Source: Nemertoderma westbladi
Taxonomy: Eukaryota > Animalia > Xenacoelomorpha
Assembly: GCA_032718475.1 (NCBI GenBank)
Contig: JAUCBJ010008844.1
Coordinates: 1-37,958 of the forward strand
Reading direction: 5' to 3'
Length of the DNA: 37,958 nt
Shown: positions 30,576 to 37,958 of the stretch, piece by piece
Numbering within the stretch: position 1 is the stretch's first letter
Layout: every line of letters starts with the position of its first letter
Notes under the pieces: generated by a model
Told to the model about the DNA's origin: nothing
Database searches by the model: none
What the model saw: the letters and a program-made list of their open reading frames with translations, nothing else
Program-made: the position numbers and the translations under genes

Positions 30576-31748
30576 TGTTCGCGCTTTCAGACCTTTGGCA
30601 GTTTAACCCGCCAAATTAGGATGTCTTCTAGATAATAATTCGCTTTTAGCCTATGACAAGTATTTGATTCACTACACTAGTCGAAACCAATCTGTGCGCG
30701 ATCATTCACCCGCTGGATATACCCGGGAGATTGGGTTCGACAGCTTAATCGTATTGCTATGTAGGCCTAATGTATTATTCGACTGACAGTATTATATAAT
30801 CTCTGACAATATTATTCACCTTCGGGAAATATTAACAGTTCCTTTAGGACGTGGCGCTCTACCTATATAAACAGAGTTATGACTTAAACTACTCACAACG
30901 ATATGGCTTAGTTATAATTCACATATATGGCGCATTCTTTAGGAAATGCTTCGTTATCAGTCTCACTCATACACAATGCTGCACAATACTGCACACTGAT
31001 CTGCCGATCTTCACTGATTTTAGTCACATATAAAAGGAACACGGACCGAATCATGTAGGGTCTATCAAATAACATTAGATTTACTTCAAACCACTTTAAC
31101 ATAAGTCACAATCGTTATATGTAACCTTTCTCTCTTACCTTCGGTATATCAAGAATATTGGGTTTTCGGGGTTATTTATCGTTATTCCAAATATAATAAT
31201 TCATCAACCATATTATGAAGAACTGACAGTAAATAGCAGTATAACAATATAAAAGTATGCACAGGTTGTTTGATTAGGTATGGTATGTTATGTTATGTTG
31301 AGTTTAGATAACGGATATATGTCCTTATAATTAAGCCTACTAGTGTAAGACTAAAAACTGAAAACACGGAGGTGCCAAAAGCCGGTTCTTAGGCTCTGGG
31401 CAAAACATAACACTGAACTACTGAGCCTCTGTATACACCTCCAACACAGAGACAACAAACGCTCTGATTGGTCAACCGAACAACGAGAGAACAAAGAAAC
31501 AAAGAACTGTCGACATGGCAATATCAGCTGCTAGCCGTCGTCATGGTAGCGCCACTGTTTTCAAGAGTATCCAGCTATTGCGTCACGAAATTACGGATTA
31601 TGTCCTTTAAAGTACACATACAGAAGAAATGACTTTTATGTCCTCTAAAACACCAGTACAGTAAGAACACGGCCTTTTTATGCCTGGTAAACCAACTACA
31701 GAGTACTTTACGGGAAAATAACCGGCTAATTACGCAAAAGCTTTTACA
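30576..31748 (-). repeat. 5' LTR (1173 bp)
   Basis: Direct repeat of 19265-20438; upstream of gag on the - strand. Confidence 0.97.
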
Positions 31749-32479
31749 ATATTTCTATTATTGTGATGGTACACACAGGGCTGTCTTAAGCTGTATATCT
31801 GGCCTTTGAGGGTGTGGAATAACAAAGCCAACCCCACCCCCCCCCCCCACGCCCCCTACACATAAAACAATTACAAACATCATACAATTTGGTAGTATAT
31901 TCGTGGGACAGTGCCCCCCCCCCTTTATTGGTCCTTCAAGTCAAACAAGTTGCCCAGGAAATGAGGAAAATAAAGGCCAGCTATAAAACATTAATTTTCA
32001 TAGTGATGATTGCAGAATGTGATCGTCCGATCAGAGCTACTGACTTCAGTATTATAGGCTCAACCAGAAATTTTTTAACGTTGTTAATTAGGAAGCTTAG
32101 ACCGACCCTCAACACACAGATCACTTCTATTCCACCTATTAGGCCCCCTTTCAGTCCAACCCCCCCCTCCTTTCGTAACTACGGCACTGTCGCATGAATT
32201 CTTTGACCGATTTTCTACTTAGTCATAAAAATATATAAAATTCTGTGCTATTTTAACGGTAAATTTATTGTAGGCATGGTTTGCCCGTTAGTAATAATTA
32301 GCTTTATTATTTGTGCATTGAGAATGGTTTAAGTATTACACCGAAACGTCTGCAGTCATCACTATGAAATGTTAAGTTTTATCGCTGGCCTTTATTTTCC
32401 TCATAACTGTTAGATTCCCCGCTTCTATTCATCTTGCCCAGGAGTTATCATCAAAAGTCATAGTCATATAAACGCGGCC

Positions 32480-34033
32480 ACGGGCCTCCTACGGACCCCG
32501 GGCCCCATATGGACCCCAGGCCCCCTACGGACCCCGGGCCTCCTACGGACCCCGGACCCCCTACGGACCCCGGACCCCCTATGGACCCCAGGCCCCCTAC
32601 GGACCCCGGGCCTCCTACGGACCCCGGACCCCCTACGGACCCCCTACGGACCCCGGACCCCCTACGGACCCCGGACCCCCTACGGACCCTGGGCCCCCTA
32701 CGGACCCCGGGCCCCCTACGGACCCCGGGCCCCCTACGGACCCCGGGCCCCCTACATACCCCGGGCCCCCTACGGACCCCGCGGTCCCTACGCACCCCGG
32801 GCCCCCTAGGCACCCCGGGCCCTCTACGCACCCCAGGCCCCCTATGAACCCTGGGCCCCCTACGGACCCCGGGCACCCGGGCCCCCTACGGACCCCGGGC
32901 CCCCTACGGACCCCGGCCCCCCTATGGACCCTGGGCCGCCTATGGACTCCGGGCCCCCGGGCCCCCTACAGACCCCCGCCCCTGTGGACCCCGGGCCCCC
33001 TACGGACCCCGGGCCCCCTACGGACCCCGGGCCCCCTACGGACCCCGGGCCCCCTACAGACCCCGGGCCCCCTACGGACCCCGGCCCCCTTATGGAACCC
33101 GGGTCCCCTACAGACCCCGCGCACCCTACGGACCCCGGGCCCCCTACAGACCCCAGGCCCCCTACAGACCCCAGGCCCCCTACGGACCCTGGGCCCCCTG
33201 GCCCCCTATGGACGCAGGGCCCCCTACGGACCCCGGGCCCCCTATTGACCCCGGGCCCCCTATGGACCCCAGGCCCCCTACGGACCCCGGGCCTCCTACG
33301 GACCCCGGACCCCCTACGGACCCTGGACCCCCTATGGACCCCAGGCCCCCTACGGACCCCGGGCCTCCTACGGACCCCGGGCCTCCTACGGACCCCGGAC
33401 CCCCTACGGACCCCGGACCCCCTATGGACCCCGGGCCCCCTACGGACCCCGGGCCTACTACATACCCCGGGCCCCCTACGGACCCCGCGGTCCCTACGCA
33501 CCCCGGGCCCCCTAGGCACCCCGGGCCCTCTACTCACCCCGGGCCCCCTAGGAACCCCGGGCCCCCTACGGACCCCGGGCACCCGGGCCCCCTACAGACC
33601 CCGGGCCCCCTACGGACCCCGGCCCCCCTATGGACCCTGGGCCGCCTATGGACTCCGGGCCCCCGGGCCCCCTACAGACCCCCGCCCCTGCGGACCCCAG
33701 GCCCCCTACGGACCCCGGGCCCCCTACGGACCCCGGGCCCCCTACGGACCCCGGCCCCCTTATGGAACCCGGGTCCCCTACAGACCCCGCGCACCCTACG
33801 GACCCCGGGCCCCCTACAGACCCCAGGCCCCCTACAGACCCCAGGCCCCCTACGGACCCTGGGCCCCCTGTCCCCCTATGGACGCAGGGCCCCCTACGGA
33901 CCCCGGGCCCCCTATTGACCCCGGGCCCCCTACGGACCCCGGGCCCCCTACGGACCCCGGGCCCCCTAAGGACCCCGGGCCCCATACGGACCCCAGTCCC
34001 CCTACTGACCCCGCGCCCCCTATGGACCCGGGG
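32480..34033. repeat. GC-rich 18-bp minisatellite (CCCCTACGGACCCCGGGC), ~85 units, with ~0.7-kb higher-order duplication
   Basis: Variant blocks recur at 32755/33461 and 32871/33577 (706 bp apart) and 33081/33751 (670 bp apart). Confidence 0.95.
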
Positions 34034-34034
34034 T

Positions 34035-34165
34035 TAGATAGATATAGATAGATTTATTTATACATTATGTAAAAACAATAACAAATACACCAAACATGTA
34101 CCGGTATAAAGGTATTGTCCAACATAACATATAGGATTACCCCTAAAGCTTTGCAGCTTATTTAT
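34035..34165 (-). mobile_element. Probable short 3' end of a LINE
   Basis: The - strand ends AATAAA-(TCTA)n; AACATAA/TTATGTT stem at ~34121-34168. Confidence 0.4.
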
Positions 34166-34245
34166 GTTACTTGGTTACAAATACAAAATTTTACACTACG
34201 CTAACCTAAAACCAATATAAAACGTAATTACACTATGCACATGTA

Positions 34246-36020
34246 ATTTCATTTCAATTCAATTTCAGTTTATTTTCCAATAATATTTCCAATAATAACA
34301 ATACATACATACACAATGGGAATACTTAAATTGTTACAAATTGATAATTTTATTAATTTAGACGGATGGAGACAGCGTGTAGCACGGTGGTGCTAGTAAT
34401 CGCTGCCACCTTTAGGTATGGTGGTATGGCAATACAATAAGAGATAATATCCTTAAATTACACGTATTGATCGGCAAGACAACGAGTTCTAAGAGTAAAG
34501 CAGGGCAATATTAAGAAAAAAGTGTATATAATATATTAGCGACCAATGATATAACTATGAAACCTTAAATATTAAGATATTTATAATGTTAAATATAAAT
34601 ACAGTAAAAGAAGTCGTGGAAGTCCTCTATACTGACGCGGCTTACTTAGAGGTGGAATGTTTTGATTGGTGGAATATTTGATGTAATTTAGATTAATTTT
34701 AATTTGGCTATTCGGAACCTAATGAGATACTATGATTTTAAATTTAATTTAATTTAAAGAGTGTTTAATTTAACTAATAGTAATATAAAATTTAGGGTGT
34801 TAATTTTTACCGATAGTATACCAAAATTCAAATATTTATCCCAGTATTAATCTGAATATTCAAGGACCCAATGGGCGAAGAGCGTGACCCCGCGCCCGGG
34901 TAGAACATGGCATCCCACCGGATACAGGCGTGACCCCGCGCCCGGGTAGAACTTGGCATCCCACCGGATACAGGCGTGACCCCGCGCCCGGGTAGAACAT
35001 GACATCCCACCGGATACAGGCGTGACCCCGCGCCCGGGTAGAATATGGCATCCCTCCGGATACAAGCGTGACCCCGCGCCCGGGTAGAATATGGCACCCC
35101 ACGCACGGGTAGTACAATAAAACACATTCCGAATGATGCTATGCCTACTGGTTAGGTATATATATCGTTGTGTAACTACTATTTATAAAGAGTTCAGAAG
35201 ATTAAGCTTAAGCTTCCTGCAGAAGAGTGGCTTATTTGGTAAATTTTTAAGTTTATCGTTGACAGATTTCCAAATGACAGGACCTTGATATTGCAGGGAA
35301 TTTTGTCCGACGAGCAGTCGAACGCGTGGGATAAAATAATTATCGTGTGTAGCCGAGCGGGTGCCATAAGAGTGTACACTACTAGTTCGCTGAAAAAGAT
35401 GTGCCAGGGGTGAAAAACCTTTGTTGACGTCGTACATTAATTTTGCTACTTCGAATTTATAAAGTTTATCTATTGGGAGAATGTTTAATTTTTTGTATAG
35501 TGGTGCAGAGGATGCCTGATAATGACTAAAAGTAATTGTACGTACAATTTTGTTGGTTCTAGTTCTAAGCGGGCGTAATATCGAAGCAAAAGTATTTCCC
35601 CATAAGGCAATTGCGTATTGTAATGTAAATATGGTTGAATTAAAGATGTGAAAATAAGACACAAAATTCTTAGGGGAAATATATGTCTCAATTTATATAA
35701 TAGTCCGCTAGTTTTAGATATTTTTTTAAGAATTAAATTGATGTGTGGCTTCCAAGACAGTTCATTATCAATTTGCACTCCCAAATATTTAGCACTGGTT
35801 ACTTTGGTAATATTAGTGTCATTGATTATTGCATTAGGTAAAGTGTTGACCCCATATGACTTACTATTGGAGAAAATACAGTATTCGGTTTTTTTTATAT
35901 TTAAGGTTAGCTTATTGTCAGTCAACCAGTCTGAAAGTCTGCTTAGGTTACTGTTCAGAGTCGATAATGCGAGAGGTAAGGATTTAGAGCTATGACGTAA
36001 GGTAGTATCGTCTCCGAAAG
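34246..36020 (-). mobile_element. 5'-truncated CR1-group (Crack/L2-like) LINE with long 3' UTR
   Basis: Starts at FGDDTT (mutated ADD motif), then WLTDNKLTLNIKKT, KYLGV, LSWKPHI, HSYGTR; stop at 35183. Frameshift from a TTACA duplication near 35620. 3' stem-loop CAGCG..TAGCAC-GGTG-GTGCTA..CGCTG (~34373-34405) and AATAAA plus ATTGA-type tail at ~34246-34274. Assigning all of 34246-35182 to this element is inference. Confidence 0.75.
34882..35101. repeat. 46-bp tandem repeat, ~5 copies (GCGTGACCCCGCGCCCGGGTAGAACATGGCATCCCACCGGATACAG)
   Basis: Units start at 34882, 34928, 34974, 35020 and 35066. Confidence 0.95.
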
Positions 36021-36029
36021 TAGTATCGA

Positions 36030-37735
36030 CAAGTTTACCGAGAGCGTGGCAATGCCCGACTCAACGATAAAGATGTAATGTACAGAACAATTTATTATAA
36101 AACGTAATTACAGTATAAATAGTAAATAATTAATAAACTAATAACTTACTGTAGGACTATTGTACCTATTTTTACATTGCACACGGAGGTGAGATTTAAC
36201 TGCAGATTTAAAAGAATGTTGATTATTTAGGTTTTTCATTTCATTAGGCAGAGCGTTCCAATTTTTAATGCCGTTAAAAAAGAAAGTATCAGATTCGAAG
36301 GATTTACGATTCGGGAGGTAGAAGTTTGAAGCACTTGCTCTGGTACTGTAAGAGTGTGTATCGCGTACTCTGTTGAATTTTTGTTTTAGGTAATTGGGAC
36401 ATTTACCATTATACACTTTATGCACATGGTTAAGGCGTAGCTGCTTAACTCTACTATCTAAGTTAAGTAGTCCAGATTCAGAAAAGTCTTCTGGAGTTAG
36501 GTGGTGCCTAGGTTTGTTTGTAGTCTTTAATAAATCGTACTACTTTATTCTGAGCTACTTGTAATTTACATTTAGGCTGTTTGGTTAAGCCTTCATACCA
36601 AGAAGAGCATGCATAGTCCATATGGCACTGTACTAAAGAAGGGCAAAGTAACTTGCGGGAGTCGGTGTTGAAAACTATTTTTAATTTTGTATAGAAACCT
36701 AAGCCTACTGTTAACTTTCGAGAAAATATTTTTCACTGTGCTTTCTCCTGATAAGCAGTTATCCAATGTGGCGCCTAAATATTTAACTTCCTTTTTATTT
36801 TCAATCTTATGTCCATTACTAGTGACTTCAAACTTAGTTACCTTCTTTAACTTTCTTTTGGAACCAAACAAAATACTTTCAGTCTTACCGTAGTGAATTG
36901 ATAGCATATTATCAACCAACCACTCATTACAGGATTCTAGAACTGCACTTAACTTTTGGGAAATATGGATAGGATCTTTATGAGAGAAAATAAGAGCACT
37001 GTCGTCGGCATATAAAATGAGTTTAAAATCGGGATCTATACTACTTATCATATCATTTACATAGCATTCAAAAAGCAGAGGACCTAATATACTACCTTGC
37101 GGTACACCACAGGTAATCTCTTGTATAGTAGACTGCGATTTGCTAATGACTACAGTTTGACCTCTGTCTGACAGGTAGGACTTGAACCAGTCTATATAAC
37201 CTACACCCATCAGGCCTAACTTACCAAGCAGAATTTCGTGATCTACTGTATCGAAAGCCTTTTGTAGGTCCAACATTACCATACCAGTATATAAACCCGT
37301 TGCGTTATTACATCTAATTGTATCAGATAAGTTAATAAGACAGGTGTCTGTAGAATATGATTTACGAAAACCAGACTGAAGTTCATAGATCAGATTTAGC
37401 CTACTAAGATGTGCTTCCAGCTGTAGAAAAACTGAACGTTCTAGAATTTTAGATACAATACTTAAGATACTAACAGGTCTGTAATTACAGGTTTCTACTT
37501 TACTATTCTTTTTATACAGAGGAACAACCTTAGCTAATTTCAGTTCGTCTGGTACTACATTATCTACGATAGAGTAATTAATAATAAAAATAATAGGCAC
37601 TTTAAGTACTTCAATACCATCCTTAAGAAAACGGGCAGGTATTAGGTCTAGACCGGTAGTTTTTGAGGCTGATAGGCTAAGTATATTTTGAAAAACGAAA
37701 TCCTCAGAAACTTGATAACTTGAAATTTGATAATC
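36030..37735 (-). mobile_element. 5'-truncated CR1-group LINE: RT domain and C-terminus, frameshifted
   Basis: [54 protein letters not shown]; frame breaks near 36670 and resumes to the stop at 36138 (HSYSTR...NWNALP). Confidence 0.88.
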
Positions 37736-37739
37736 CTGT

Positions 37740-37958
37740 GAATAGTTCCAAGACATGCAATGAAAGATAGTGTTGTTATCGGTGATGTTTTGAAGAGAGT
37801 ATAAATGCAGTCATTGGATACATAGTTTCCGATGAGGAGTAGACCCCGTAGTATTTTCCTGTAGTGGGAATCGAGCCGCCTTTGATCATTAATGGACATT
37901 GCACCAATACCAAGGCCTTCTTGGGAGTGAATGTATGAAGGGATTGCAATCGATTTCC
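37740..37958 (-). pseudogene. Fragment of another LINE ORF2 (post-RT region), running off the window
   Basis: RRLDSHYRKILRGLL...VSNDCIY resembles the LINE post-RT helix pattern; short. Confidence 0.45.

Larger units (their letters stand above)
19265..31748 (-). mobile_element. BEL/Pao LTR retrotransposon, non-autonomous (Gag-protease only), recent insertion
   Basis: Two ~1.17-kb direct LTRs with TG...CA ends; 5-bp TSD ATATT (19260-19264 and 31749-31753); internal BEL-type gag-pro ORF on the - strand. Confidence 0.95.

Noticed and set aside
32451-34051. Collagen-like or Pro/Gly-rich ORFs on both strands
   Set aside because: Several frames on both strands are open because of the 18-bp GC repeat; no Gly-X-Y register, signal peptide or splice context.
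34828-35127. ORFs over the 46-bp repeat; possible CRISPR array or ribozyme
   Set aside because: Simple tandem array without spacers; no recognisable ribozyme core.

Overview
AT-rich animal (invertebrate-like) genomic DNA, mostly transposable elements and tandem repeats. The only host gene I can support is the 3' end of a netrin on the + strand: three coding exons with clean GT-AG boundaries covering the last laminin-EGF repeat and the NTR/C345C domain. Its upstream intron holds an apparently intact antisense two-ORF LINE. Downstream lie a 30-bp satellite, several MITEs (two TTAA-flanked Kolobok-like, one palindromic IS3EU-like), decayed RTE and CR1-group LINE fragments, a 12.5-kb BEL/Pao LTR element (19265-31748, - strand, ATATT target-site duplication, ~99% identical LTRs), an 18-bp GC-rich minisatellite and stacked CR1-group LINEs. 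Three observations stand out. (1) The BEL/Pao element has no tRNA primer-binding site; the 12 nt abutting its 5' LTR are instead exactly complementary to a 12-mer inside the LTR, the geometry of Tf1-type self-priming. (2) The same element keeps one open 1638-aa Gag-protease frame from which RT/RNase H and integrase appear removed by two in-frame deletions. (3) The LINE's ORF1 and ORF2 are in frame, separated by one UGA-C followed by a stem-loop, and ORF2 has no start AUG, suggesting programmed stop-codon readthrough. Everything was read by eye; clade names are motif-based and boundaries of decayed elements are approximate.
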